From NCBI GenBank assembly GCA_964016885.1, contig OZ024746.1:72230001-72294000 (forward strand): a stretch of 64,000 nt of DNA, in the 5' to 3' direction. Positions 1-13,088 of this stretch are shown here, piece after piece; positions within the stretch are counted from its first letter, which is position 1, and the number at the start of each line of letters is the position of its first letter. Position numbers and translations under genes: made by a program. The notes beneath the pieces were generated by a model that searched no databases, was not told the origin of the DNA, and was given only the letters and a program-made list of their open reading frames with translations. The DNA is from Eledone cirrhosa (taxonomy: Eukaryota).

Positions 1-958
1 GCCAGTGTTCATTTGTCTTACTGCAGTCTTAAACTCTTCCAATGTGGGAGGATTGTCAAGCTTGTTAATGATGGGAGCCTGCTCCATGGCTTTAATGACG
101 TCGGGATTGACGAGAGATGTATAGCTTAGGGGGTCGTCATAGTGTTTGAGCCATCTTGTCTTGATTTCATCAGGCTTATGCAACATTTTGTTTCCATTCT
201 TTAATCATTGTGATGCAAAGACTGTGGTGTGTGGGTCATATGCTGTGCGCAGTTTGTGATATAATGATTTCGTATCTCGTCTTTCTGTCAAGGCTTGTAT
301 GTGATGCACTTGATCTCGCCGCCATAAATCTTTTGTTGCTGTACACGCGCCTTACATTCTTTGAAAGCCTTTGCCAGCCGAGATTTCTCTGCATCTTCCT
401 TGGAACATGACAAGAACTTGTCCAGGCATGTTTTCTTTTCCCTTAGAAGGCTTTCCACAAGTGTTTCATTTGCAGTAAACCAGCCCTGATAGGTTTTTTT
501 CTGCATAACCCGAAATCAGATCCGCTGCCTCGTAAAGCTGTTTGCTGAAAAATAGACATGCATCATCACTGTTGGTGACTTCCTTTTGTTGAACTGCTTC
601 TTGAAAATTCTTTTGTTTTACTGGACAGGCCAATTATTAAAGATTTACATGTCTCTGCACCTTGACAACGCCATGTTTCATCTTCTCCAATATACGAATA
701 CGGAGAGTTGCTCTTAGGAGACGATGGCCCGTCCAACACGCTGCTTCTCTCATACAAAGGATAGATCTGACATCCTGCAAATCGTTACGTCTTACAATAA
801 TATTGTGAATGATTTGCTAATTATGTGAACGTGGATGCATCCAGGTTCCCTTTTACTTGTTTTTCGGTCTGAACCATGTGTTTCTTATGACAAGATCCAA
901 TTCCTGGCACACCTGCAACAGAAGTCCGTTGATATTACGCTTTCCCATTCCATGACGA
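1..958 (-). mobile_element. Decayed RTE-clade LINE fragment (AP endonuclease and linker region), intronic
   Basis: Broken minus-strand frames give APE-like RHGMGKRNINGLL..QELDLVIRNTWF..GTWMHPRS..IIVRRNDLQDVR and linker QGWFTANE..KARVQ; many stops and frameshifts. Confidence 0.75.
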
Positions 959-1016
959 CATACATACATTCATACATACATACATACATACATACATACA
1001 TACATACATACATACA

Positions 1017-1047
<31 letters not shown>

Positions 1048-1096
1048 TTCATTAATCCATTATAAACCATATTGATGTATCTTTGTATGTCCACAG

Positions 1097-1171
1097 CGAA
1101 CCCGTTCAGCTATTTAGACGGCGTACTGAAAGTTCATGTACACCAAGTGAGAGAGCTAGAGATGAATATAG
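1097..1171 (+). CDS. BCR/ABR-like C2-RhoGAP gene A, exon (start of C2 domain)
   Basis: ccacag|...ATAG|gtttgt, 75 nt, phase 1-1; NPFSYLDGVLKVHVHQVRELEMNI resembles the ABR/BCR LYGFLHVIVHSA C2 start. Confidence 0.85.
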
Positions 1172-1957
1172 GTTTGTTATTCCATTATATTCCTTCATTC
1201 TCATGAGCTATCAATTTCTCCTCTCATCATTTGTGGATAAATCTTTCCTCTTTATTATATTACAGACATAAAATGTATTGTAAAGTTGTATTGATCACCG
1301 GATAAAATATCTTGTGTTATTTAGTGGCGTTTCTTTATAATTTAATAGAGTTAGGAATTGACAGAGTCGTTAGGGAGACGGATTGAATTCCTTGCAGCAT
1401 TTTCCCCGGTTCTCTGTTCTCTCTGAGTTCAAATGCCATCGAGCTGGGCCATCTTTGCCTTTCATTCTTTCAAAGACAATAAAAATAATACAAGTCGAGG
1501 GAACAGGAATTGTTAAAAAGTCTGACTAGAAGATCTGTGGTATTTGTCCCTGCTCTAAGCGTTATGAGTTCAAATTCCGGCACTTTCTTTCAAGTGTTGT
1601 GAACAGCAGATAGTTCCGGATGGAAAGATCAATGGAAACATAGTCTCGTTGGTCTTATCGGACGATTAGCTTCTTTTTTTTCGCACTGAAGGGGACTATG
1701 TTGTTCGTTTTTCGAGAGGCTCAGTAAATTAACGTACTAAAAATGTCAATCTATTTATCTTTCGTTTGTCGGTCTTTCTAGCTAGATAGATATATTGATG
1801 GATTGATGGATAGATAGATAGATACGTGTATGAGGGTTGTATATTTTGAATGTCTGCGTCTGTGTGCAAGCATATTACTGCGTTCTACTTTTACTGTTTA
1901 CCTAGGTAGGCAATTATCTATCAAACACATTTTACTCTCCCTCTCACACTTTCTATT

Positions 1958-2001
<44 letters not shown>

Positions 2002-2009
2002 TTGATCCA

Positions 2010-2054
<45 letters not shown>

Positions 2055-2059
<5 letters not shown>

Positions 2060-2253
2060 AAAATAGTCAGGACCCCGACGGCTGAGCTCCGGCCGTTTCG
2101 ACAGTTATTTCTGAAGTAGTTCAGAAATAGCTGTCGAAACGGCCGGAGCTCAGCCGTCCGGGTCCTGACTCTTTTCCTATTACCCACTCTACTACCCATA
2201 GTATCGAGTACTCTGGTGCGTTATGGTCCACCTGCTCCCTTACCACTCTTTGT
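2055..2253 (+). mobile_element. Short fold-back element (family C) between (TA)n tracts
   Basis: ~61-bp inverted arms 2055-2115 / 2120-2180 with a 4-nt loop; related copies at 25868-26025, 27677-27732 and ~57270-57370. Confidence 0.7.
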
Positions 2254-2678
2254 TATATATATATATATATATGTGTGTGTATATATATACGTATATCATC
2301 ATCGTTCTGCGTCCACTGTTCTAAGCTCGCATGGGTTGTTTGGTTTTTTTCAGTAAAGCGTCGTATTGATACAAACCTTCGTAAATCAATTTTAAAATTT
2401 CATGCATTTTAACCCTGGTTATTTTATTCTTTTACACACACCTACACACACATATATATATATAACAACTTCAGCCCTCCCTCCTAATATTCTCTATAAA
2501 AACCAAATAGGTCCTCAATAATATTATTCTGATGAAATGACAGTAAATAATAACATTGAAATATTGAATGTCTGCATAACTAAAACTTTGTAGATAGCAG
2601 CTGTTTTCAGGTTATGTAACTGTTATAGAAACACGTGTCAATAAATTCCTTTCAACTAAACTGTATCCATTCAAATCT

Positions 2679-2749
<71 letters not shown>

Positions 2750-2764
2750 TATATTCTCTCTCAG

Positions 2765-2970
2765 CTGCCTTCATCACACTGCAAGTTGACAGTTTCGGCG
2801 GTTACTTCAACAAGTTATTCACCACTGAGATATCAGAATGTAGCTGCTGCCCTTTTTTCGACGAAATTTTTGAGATTCCACTGAACTGTTCTCAGCATCT
2901 GAAAATATGTCTCTACACAAAACATCAGGAAGCAATTGAATTTGAACTATTTTCTACAGGAATATACGAT
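2765..2970 (+). CDS. Gene A exon (C2 domain core)
   Basis: ctctcag|...GAT|gtaaat, 206 nt, phase 1-0; AFITLQVDSFGGYFNK..PFFDEIFEIPLNCSQHLKICLY matches BCR/ABR C2 LYCTLEVDSFGYF..PxWxEEFEIELEGSQxLRILCY. Confidence 0.9.
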
Positions 2971-3552
2971 GTAAATCTTACTGTTTCGTCTCCCCTTAAC
3001 TTTATAAAGAGTATATAGATCCAGGGCCTGATTTATCGGGGGGGGGGGCACCTTTTGTCAAACAGGGCCCGCTCTAGGAACAGCCCAGGGCACCACAAAC
3101 TTGAAATTTCCCTGGCCTGCCAAAATCTAAATATGACCCTGAATAGATCCTGACCGAGGAAGGAGTCCTACAAGGTGAAGTGGGGGATTCAACGGGTATC
3201 ACTGACTGCTGTTCTCCACGGAAATCATTTTGCAATCTCGTCTGCTGGGCCCAACTGAGGTATACCATCCAACCAAGAATTGTAGAGTTGGATTGCGGCG
3301 TGGACTGACTGATGCAATGGTAGTTGCTGTCTGCTGATCTCTACAGGATGGCCTTTGCCATCTTGTCCGAGGAGGCACAGCTGAGAGACACCCTCTAACC
3401 AAGGGCTTAGAGTTGACACAGCGAGGTAAACTGGCTGATTATGTGGATGTCGCTGGCTGCTGTTTTCCAAAGCAATGCTGAAACATAACTTCCAGCCAAG
3501 AGTGTAGAGCTAACCCCTCGCCCATTTTTCCTCCATCAATTTTCTTTGTTTC

Positions 3553-3597
<45 letters not shown>

Positions 3598-6500
3598 GAC
3601 AACCTACGAAGGAAATCGTATCATCGTGAGCTCCGCAAAGGTTTGTTGTATTCGTTTGTTTAAAATTGCCATTTATGGAAAATTTTTGTTGTTAACTATT
3701 TATAAGGTCACAAAATTTGCTTTCGGAAAAGGACACTCAAAAAGATTGGGGCCTTGAGCCCAAAATTTAAACTTTTATAATTATCAAACAAAAAAATTTC
3801 TTTGAAAAATCATGGACGACTCACAGCCACACCTTCCTCACAAACTAACACCTCACACCGACACCACCATTGTAAATATTACTACGTTTGCCAACACTAA
3901 AAATATAAGCAGTAGCAATAATTTAAATTTGTCTCATGCAGACATTCATTTCCCGCCATTACCAATGACTGCAGGTGTTGAAGCCGCCACCCGCACCACC
4001 ACCACAGCGACAACAGAAACAAAAGAAAAAAATAAATTATCTCGTGACATCGAAATGGATTCACCCAAAATGGACTCTTCCACACCGAACACCACTGACG
4101 CCACCACCACCACAATTGAAATTAAAAATAACAATAACAAAAGTAACAATAACAACAACAGCAACAACAACAATGAGAATAACAACATCGTGTCTTTTGC
4201 CAAAGTAGCTAAAACATGCGAAACAATCGAGGTAACTCAGGAGGAACTAGATGAAGCCAAGAAAATGGTAAAGAAAGATGGGTACAGAGTCCCGACCTAT
4301 CGCAACTGGAGACAGATTGTGACGACGAGGAGTGGGAAACGGTATCAGGAAAAAAGAAAAAAAGAAAAAGAAACCAAAAAAGAAAAAATCCTCTTCCTTC
4401 CCCCTCCAAAAACAAAATACAGAGGGAAACAAATAAACTATTAAACAAAAAAGTTAGGACAGCTATGCCACCATCCACACCAGCATCACCAACCCCATCA
4501 CCACAAACACGAACACCATCACCATCATTAACCCCAACACCACCATCACCAACACCACAAAGGTCACCAAAAAGCGAAACAGAAACAAACCCACAACAAA
4601 CGCAAACAAAACAAAACAACCAAAACAATACACACTACACAGCATTAAATTTGAACAACCAACAGTATCAAATTTGAACAACACAACACCAGGGTCACAG
4701 AAAAAGACTACACAACACCCCAAAAGTTCACACCACCTCTACACATACAAATCACTCGCATCACACAGAAAACGTACACGACACTAAAACAAAAATTCCC
4801 CAAAGACATCGGAGACTTCCGACAAGCACTCTCCAGGAGGATTTTTCGGCGGCTACGATGTGTACGCATCTCCCAGCCATCCTGGATCGGGTGGAGAAGT
4901 TGCTGTGCTTTTTCGGAGAGGTTTGGATCTCGCCATACGGGCCATCTTCCTGGACCCAGAAGGTAAGTTGGTGGTGCTGAACGTGACCAGCGGAGACGGG
5001 CAAGCTTTCAGGCTAGTGGCCGTCTATGCCCCGACAGGAGCAGGGCGGCCTGATTTCTTCCGGCGTCTGGAGACCTTTCTTGGAACATCCCGCTCTTTAG
5101 TGTTAGTGGGCGACTGGAACGGGATCTTAGATGCACGCTGGGACTGTGTGGGATTAGCGGATAGGGGAGGAGGGTGCAAGAGCCTCACCAGCCTGCTCAG
5201 GCGTTTTGAACTGTCTGACAGGTACCGATTGGATTTCTCGAATGTGCCAATGTGGACTTGGACAAACCGCATAGGGTCATCCAGATCATATCTAGATAGA
5301 GTATTTTGTAGGGAGATAGATAGGTCTAGCATAGGCTGTCCACAATTCAAGATAGTCAGCTACACGGACCACAAATTCGTGGTCTGTGTGCTGACTTAGA
5401 TAGGCTTCATAGACGAGGACCCGGCTACTGGAAACTAAATGCGTCCTTACCAGCGTGCAAGGCCTACAGAGACCGGATTAGCGAACTAGTTAAGCGGGCG
5501 TTGACGGGGGCCATCGTCAACAACAAGTGGCGGTTTGCTCTGAAAAGAGCGATTAGAGTAGGGTCCATTAGGTTTAGTAAGGCTTTCGCAATAGAGAAAA
5601 ATAGATCAGAGGGAGAACTAGTTAGAAAATTAGAGGAGGCGCTTAGCAAAGGCATCGCGACTGACGTGCTTGCGGCGAAATTGGCCCTTGACCAATTCTT
5701 CAATGCAAAGCACGAAGGCTGCGTTGTCAGAGCTAGGGTGCGTGCTCTCAGACACGAGGGACGAAAGCCGTTCAATGGGCCCGAGTGGCGGAGGCACGTC
5801 GTGGCAACAAAGCCACGATCCGGTCTTTGGTGGACCACGACGGGGGCATGCTACTCGATCCCGGGCAAATGTGTGAAGCTTTTCAGCGACACTTCGTTCA
5901 GCTGTTCGGGGGCAGCGGCGGGCCGGATCGAGGGATGGACTTTAGTGTCAACCTCGACGGACTGCCGCGGCTCTCGGCCACTGAGGCGGAGTGTTGCGAA
6001 AAGCCGATAACAGCCGCTGAAGTACGGGAGGCAATGACTAGCTGCACAAGGGGTAAATCGCCTGGTTTGGATGGTCTGCCCTATGAACTTTACGTACAAA
6101 TGCCAGACTTGTTCGGAGGCCTCTTGGCGGACGTCTACTGCAACAGGCAACAGAACGGGAAAATTCCCAGCTCTGTGAGCCGAGGAGCGGTGGCGCTGCT
6201 GAGAAAGGATCCGAACAAGAGGGATAAGATAGATAATTTTAGGCCCATAACTCTGCTAAACACAGAGTTCAAGATTTTGGCCAAGGTGCTAGCAAAGAGG
6301 TTGGCGCTTGTCGTTGGTGGTCTGGTGGGAGAAACGCAGACATGCGCCATTCCCGACAGATCCATCCACGACAACCTCCACCTCATGCGATACATCGTAG
6401 AGAGGGTAGCTAGGGAACCTGGCACGGGTGGGTCCTTGATCAATTTAGATCAGTCGAAAGCTTTCGATAGGGTCGACCATCGTTACCTAGCGGCAGTCCT

Positions 6501-8340
6501 GAGGGCGGCTGGCTTTGGGCCCGTCTTCAGAGGCTGGATCGCTGCCATGCACAGCGACATCTGCTCTGTGGTGAGAGTGAACGGTCACCTTTCGGAACCG
6601 TTCAACATCATGCGCTCGGTCCGCCAAGGTTGTCCCCTCTCGTCTCTCTTGTACGTATTGACTCTCGAGCCATTACTGCACAAACTGGAGACGTTGAGGG
6701 GGGTCCCGCGCGAACTAGGATGCGGAAGATCCGTGTCAGCATATGCGGACGATGTCATCGTAGTGGTGTCGAACGCCAACACATGGAGGCGATCGGCACT
6801 ACACTAAAAGAATACGAAGCGGTGACAGGAGCAATGATCAACCAGGAAAAGTCAGTGGGCCTGCAGCTCGGCACCTGGAGAGGCAGGTCCATGCCGTCCA
6901 ACAGCGTCGTCGGGCGCTGGATGGACGGACCGGTTAAATTGCTAGGGGTCTGGTTCGGTCCAGACCTCCAGACGGACAAAAACTGGGACGAGGTGACGAG
7001 CAGGGTGGCTTCTCTCACCCAGAAATGGGCGGAGAGGAAGCTATCCCTGAAAGGTCGAGCGGAGGTGGCGAATGCGTACATCGCATCCGTCATCTACTAC
7101 CGCCTGACCGTCGTACCTTGTCCTAAGCCCCGCCTGACTGCGCTGGAGCGTTTGCTCTTTCGCTTTTTGTGGAAGGGACGCGCTCCGATGGTCAGGCGGT
7201 CCATCTGCTGTCAATACCCGCTACGTGGCCGTGGCTGATGATGCGCAGACACACGCTCAGGCTACGACATCTCCACCTCATCCTCGACGGTGATCAGGTG
7301 TGGTCGCCGTTTGCTAGACACGTCTTTCCCCAGCTCGTCTCCTTGACGGAGCTGCAGTCCTGGGTCAAGCGAAGACCGAGAAGGAGCGCTTGGAGACTGG
7401 AATGTCTTCAGGCGCTCACAGCCCTCGACCAATCTGGCAATGTGATCGATGGAAACTCCACCTTGGCGTTCTATAGAGGATTAGTGGAGGGGAAGAGCGA
7501 CGACGTACTTGGAGAAACTCTAGGCGTCGACGAAAATCAACTTGCCAATCTCTTCGGAAGGACTTTCTGGCCGGGGCCTATGGACAACTTCCAGAAATCC
7601 CTGGCCTGGCAGTGCTACCGAGGAGCTTTGCCAGTTCGCGATAAACTCTACAGGCATGGAGGTGCCGTCAGCCGGGCATGTCCGAGATGCGCGCAGGGCG
7701 ACGAAACCGTCCTGCACGCACTCGTCCAGTGTCCGAGCATTGCTGACTTGTGGGTTTATGTCGAACACCTGCTGTCACGTGTGGGACGGATCCAGCTATC
7801 AGCTGAGTCCATCGTGAGGATTTCCCCGCCCTCTTCCTTTAGCCGGGAAGGGCAGGCAGTTTTTATCTGTCTGGTGGCCATGACGAAAGAGATAGTATGG
7901 TGGACACGTTTGAAAGGGCTGAAGACGAGCACTTACCTCTTCGGTGATGCCCTGATTAACTTTTTCAAATTTCATTTGAAAAGGAAAATCAGGGTAGAGA
8001 GGGAAGTGCTCTCTTCCCAGCATTTTGTTGAAAGATGGGTGAGAGAAGCAAGTATGGCCCGAGTGAATGGGCCTACTCTGAGTATGTGTCTGTAAATTAA
8101 AAGTGGAAAACTTGGAGAGTGCACTCGCCCTGGTGGTCAGGGTCACTGTGGTCTTTTAATGGGCTTTCTCCACAAATGTCCCTCGGAAGTCTCCCCCCTA
8201 TTGGGGAATTTTTCTTTGTTATTTTATTACATCTGGTTTTTTTTACACGCAGAAATGCCCATTTGTAGCGTCCTGTATTGTCCTGTACTGTCCTTAATGT
8301 CTACTTTATGTAAACCCTTGTGGTTAATAAAGAAAATATT
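3598..8340 (+). mobile_element. Near full-length Tx1/L1-clade LINE, disrupted, flanked by (TTA)n on both sides
   Basis: Low-complexity ORF1 remnant from 3812; ORF2 with APE, RT and C-terminal zinc finger; AATAAA near 8326 followed by (TTA)n. Confidence 0.92.
4805..8095 (+). pseudogene. Tx1-like ORF2 (APE-RT-CCHC) with a stop at 5397 and about 3 frameshifts
   Basis: VYAP, LVGDWN, SYLDRV, TDHK (APE); GKSPGLDGLPYE, FRPITLLN, LDQSKAFDRV, VRQGCPLS, AYADD (RT); CPRCAQGDETVLHALVQC. Confidence 0.92.
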
Positions 8341-8443
8341 ATTATTATTATTATTATTAATAATAATTATTATTTATAAAATAAAGTACCAGTAATGTAC
8401 TGGGTAATTGCTGCCCTTGTGCCTAAAGTAGAAACACTTATTC

Positions 8444-8548
<105 letters not shown>

Positions 8549-8820
8549 ACCTGCCTGGAATCAATGAGAAGTCAAGTATTCCATGAAATGATCGATGGCC
8601 TAGAAAGGTCCATTGGTTTAAATGAAAAGGGAGCTTTATTACCCTACTTATCAGTCATCTGACCCAAATGCTTGCAATCGGCTAGACTCCATTTAAATCA
8701 TCCAGGGGTTCTTGAGATGGTGTTAAAATATGCAATAGGATACGTTTCTCATTCCAGACTGACATTCCAGAATGTACATCAAGATAAATTGGTTTCGTTA
8801 GTCTTTTCTCTTTTTTTCAG

Positions 8821-8886
8821 ATTTGGAAAGCATCAATAACTTCAGATTATCGTCTGGTCACCATTCCACTATTCTTGCGCGACGTA
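8821..8886 (+). CDS. Gene A exon (C2 C-terminal part)
   Basis: tttttttcag|[22 protein letters not shown]|gtaagt, 66 nt, phase 0-0, compatible with the previous exon. Confidence 0.75.
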
Positions 8887-8945
8887 GTAAGTGAAACAGT
8901 TTTATATATACACATACACACACATACACACACACACACACACAC

Positions 8946-9026
<81 letters not shown>

Positions 9027-9059
9027 TGTGTGTGTTTGTGTGTGTTTGTGTGTGTTTGT

Positions 9060-9120
<61 letters not shown>

Positions 9121-9234
9121 TGTGGCTAAACAGCATAGGTTAATTTCGAAACCATTATTATATATGTATGTGTATGAACTCCACTACACACACATACCTA
9201 TATATATTTAGGCATATAAAACTAATCTGTATTA

Positions 9235-9300
9235 TATTTTATCTGATGAAAGCGGACCATAATCTGCCTTGGTGGCCCTTGAAATATGTATAATAAAATA
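9235..9300 (+). ncRNA. Minimal type I hammerhead ribozyme in family A element (~9210-9440)
   Basis: tattttat-CTGATGA-stem II-GAAA-tatgta-TA-ataaaata; stem I tattttat/ataaaata pairs. Confidence 0.75.
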
Positions 9301-9457
9301 AAAATAAATATGATTTTATAAATATAGTTTCGATTTGTTAATATATTGTATATTTACTCCAATAATTTGTTGAGTGCTTTATATCAGTTATAAAAATATT
9401 TTAGCTTGTTGTATCCCAACAAATTAAATATAACCTCTACATATATATATATGTATT

Positions 9458-9523
<66 letters not shown>

Positions 9524-9525
9524 CA

Positions 9526-9570
<45 letters not shown>

Positions 9571-9571
<1 letters not shown>

Positions 9572-9755
9572 CCAAAGATTAATATGGTTCATTGATTACT
9601 CAATCAATACAGTTTTACAATAGATTAAAAGCACTCAACAATGAAATTTTCCTGGAGTTTTAATATTATTCAAAATATTAACAAATGAAGATATTCACAT
9701 AAAGCATATATTTTGATTATGTGAATATCTTCATTTGTTAATATTTTGAATAATA
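9571..9755 (-). mobile_element. Family-A-related 3' fragment ending in a ~40-bp-arm palindrome
   Basis: Reverse complement of the ACTCC..GAGTGCT motif at ~9628-9660; inverted arms ~9665-9702 / 9717-9755. Confidence 0.6.
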
Positions 9756-10113
9756 TATATATATATATATGTAAATATCTATAAGTCGTTTGGAAGCCTC
9801 GACAATGCAAATGGGTAAATCTCCGGGTAACAAGGTCCGGTGGTGGAGAGAGAGAGATGTAAGTGGGTGTACGTTGAGATGCGTGGTGTGTATAAGATGT
9901 GTGAGATGTGTAGAATGGAGGGAAGAGTAAAAGGATAAAAATAAAAATAATAACACTAGAGAGAGTGTTACCTTGGAAGAGATTTAATAGTCCCTATATA
10001 TTTCGGATTCACATCCATCAACTGGGGGTTTTTTCCGGGTTGGGGGAAAAGGTTGTCTGTCGGACAAGTCCGGAAGGCGTCTTTCGCTGTTTGCTGATTT
10101 GAATATATATGAT

Positions 10114-10182
<69 letters not shown>

Positions 10183-10340
10183 TATACATGTGTATTTATA
10201 TATACATATATATATATGTGTATATACTTGTATATACTTGTATATATGTATATATATATATATATATGCGTGTGGGGGGGGGGTCTGTGTCTGTCTGTGT
10301 ACGTGTAGTTTTTTTAATTTCACAACATTGTGATTTTCAG

Positions 10341-10355
10341 GTGAAGGGTGATACT
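10341..10355 (+). CDS. Possible 15-nt micro-exon of gene A (VKGDT)
   Basis: gattttcag|GTGAAGGGTGATACT|gtaagg, phase 0-0; no homology support. Confidence 0.25.
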
Positions 10356-11170
10356 GTAAGGTACTTTTCTTTTGTAGTCCCCGTTGTATATTTGTTCTTT
10401 TTACATGTTGGTGTTTTGACTTTGGCTGTTTTTGTTGGAGGGAGGGGGCTTTGTTATATTTGTTTTTGCCCATGACCAGCGCCTTGAACTAGCAAACCTA
10501 TGACAAAAAGACATTTCAATTGTCACCATCCATTTTATTTTTCAGACATAGTATGTTCAGAACAAAGCGAGATTTAGCTGTTATTTCTAGCAAGTCAAAC
10601 GATCACTTATAGGCCAACACCTCTATTCTGTATTCATCCACCGGTACAGCATCATATCTCAAATTTATAATTCATCTTTATAATGTTCTTATAATATATT
10701 TTGATTTTGATGCAGGCATAGGAAGACATTTGTATCGATCGACATGCTAAAAATAGCAGCTAAATCACCCACAAATCATACCTTATTATTTTTCTAATTT
10801 GGGTAAAAGGCTAGAGATTCATGGACAGGGTGACAGTCGATTACTAGACCGTAGTGCGTGACTGGTATTTAAATCTTTTTATCACGAAAGAAAAAAGAAA
10901 CAATTTGACCTCGGAGAGATTTGAACTTAAAACGTAAAAAAAAGGAACAAATGCCGAGGGGCATTTTGACTGACGCTCTAACGATTTCTCCAATCCACCT
11001 ATTAGATTATCTTTAAATACATCAAATTTAGATGCATCTAGAATACTTTTGGTTATAAGTCTGCTCTATCAAAGCTGACATGGGGCTAAACAATAATAGA
11101 AACTCTAACATCAATAACATCCACCACAAGGCTAACCTAGAAATTAAACCTGTAATTTCTAATCCATCAG

Positions 11171-11230
11171 GTCACGGAGAGGATCATTCCCCAGATATCC
11201 AACCCAATGGATACTTTATATACACACAAG
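11171..11230 (+). CDS. Gene A exon (C2-GAP linker)
   Basis: ccatcag|VTERIIPQISNPMDTLYTHK|gtatgt, 60 nt, phase 0-0. Confidence 0.6.
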
Positions 11231-11361
11231 GTATGTGATATATATACATACATATATATACACAAACATACACACACATGCACACACACATGCATATGTA
11301 TGGATGCATGCATCCATATATATATATGGACGTTAAACGATGATGATGATCATCATCATGA

Positions 11362-11409
<48 letters not shown>

Positions 11410-11417
<8 letters not shown>

Positions 11418-11819
11418 AGATCAAAAGATGGTTAAAGGAGTTCCATGTATTTTATTATGCGCATTTCAAAAACAAACATCATCATGCAATAATATTTGTG
11501 TTTTCATCAGATAAAACAGGAGAACATGATATGAAGGCTAAAAAACACTTGTGGATAGTGCAGTTTTAAATCAACATATCTGCACTATCCACAAGTGTTT
11601 TTTAGCCTTCATATCATGTTCTCCTGTTTTATCTGATGAAAACACAAATATTATTGCATGATGATGTTTGTTTTTGAAATGCGCATAATAAAATACATGG
11701 AACTCCTTTAACCATCTTTTGATCTTATATTATGCATACTCCAGTCCTACAAACTGTAGAGTGCTTCTTATCCGATATCTGCATTGCTTTATTGTACTAC
11801 AATAAAACTCACCTCCTAC
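11410..11819 (+). mobile_element. Family B hammerhead element with a perfect 154-bp head-to-head palindrome
   Basis: Arms 11410-11563 / 11580-11733 with a 16-nt spacer; hammerhead tgttttat-CTGATGA(11633)..GAAA-tgcgca-TA-ataaaata on +, mirror copy on -; (TA)n on both flanks. Confidence 0.85.
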
Positions 11820-11893
<74 letters not shown>

Positions 11894-12068
11894 GTCTGTG
11901 TGTGTGTGTACATGTTTGTATATATGCATTATACGCAAACGCTAGATATTTACACATCTACAAATGTCAACACATACATGCATATTATTCCAAAAACCTC
12001 CGAAACTTCAACATATTATGTACTAAACTATAATATTTTCAAATGCTCGTCTCATTTAGTCTCAACAG

Positions 12069-12169
12069 AGAACAGTCGTGGCTCTGACATTATGGTTGAA
12101 GCCTGTGGTTGACACTGATAGTCAGAACAGATGTGAAATATTTGGTGAAAGTCTTCAAATAGCCATCAA
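12069..12169 (+). CDS. Gene A exon (pre-RhoGAP, IFG motif)
   Basis: tctcaacag|RTVVALTLWLKPVVDTDSQNRCEIFGESLQIAI(N)|gtgagt, 101 nt, phase 0-2; IFGxxL matches the RhoGAP VFGV motif. Confidence 0.85.
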
Positions 12170-12369
12170 GTGAGTAATGTAATCTGATAGTTTTTTGTAA
12201 CGTGTGACTTGGTACGTGATTTGATACATGATGGTATAACATGGACTGATTCCCGTCTGTTCACGTGATCTTATGTAACAGCTATCACCTTTCAATTTAC
12301 ATGACAATTACATTTTCAAATTTCAAATTCCCCAATATGTAACCCATGTCATAATTATATTATATTATG

Positions 12370-12555
12370 ATGGATTGGCAGTATCGGTAGAGGGTCGGAC
12401 GCCATGCTTTGACGCATAGAGTTACGGCCCTTGCCATTCTCAGTTCAAATCCCGCCGAGTTTAACTTTGCATTTCATCCTTACGGGGTCGACAAAATAAA
12501 GTACCAGTAATACACTGTGTAATTGCTGGCCTTGTGCCAAAAGTAGAAACAATTA
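12370..12555 (+). mobile_element. tRNA-derived SINE, full-length representative of a family with many copies here
   Basis: A-box TGGCAGTATCGG, B-box GTTCAAATCC. Other full or partial copies: 8375, 14155, 14662, 25690, 30652, 42912, 44322, 47092, 49597, 54008, 58168, 59890, 61586, 62436-62878. Confidence 0.85.
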
Positions 12556-12569
12556 TATATATATATATA

Positions 12570-13046
12570 CATGAAATTTTTCGATCGACTTTCGTCAAAT
12601 CGGACCGAGGAAACGATGCTTCCGAATGCTTCTGATGGCCACCACATCTATGTTTAGTAACCTGAGGACGTTCAGCAGGTGACCCTGCTTCCAAGATGAT
12701 CCGAGGCCACGTACATTTACACTGCCTATTCTGAGTACGGCCATGCTGGGTGGGGAACGGGGTAAGTGAGATAGGATCACTTACCTTGAGCGTGTGGGGA
12801 AGGGATAGTAGAACCGTCCCTTCGGCTGGTCATGTGTGTCTCCAAGATGATATTTGTATAGATTCTTTTAGAGAGTGACCCCCTGAAATCCCCAACTGCA
12901 TTGGGGAATTTTTGTTTTAATTGTTTGTAATCTTCGAGTTTAATTTCCACAATGTTAATATTTTTTGGTAATGTTCTTGGTGTTGGTGGGGTGTGGTAAT
13001 TTATATCTGAAATATCGGTGTGCTATTTTATATGTTCCATTAATCC

Positions 13047-13088
<42 letters not shown>

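Noticed and set aside
2521-2575. Possible hammerhead CTGATGA..GAAA at 2529-2561
   Set aside because: Stem II is plausible, but no convincing stem III, cleavage triplet or stem I partner was found
3074-3470. Overlapping short minus-strand ORFs
   Set aside because: No recognisable motif or splice-compatible structure; probably decayed repeat
12370-12460. tRNA gene
   Set aside because: A and B boxes are present but no cloverleaf; it is the head of a high-copy SINE
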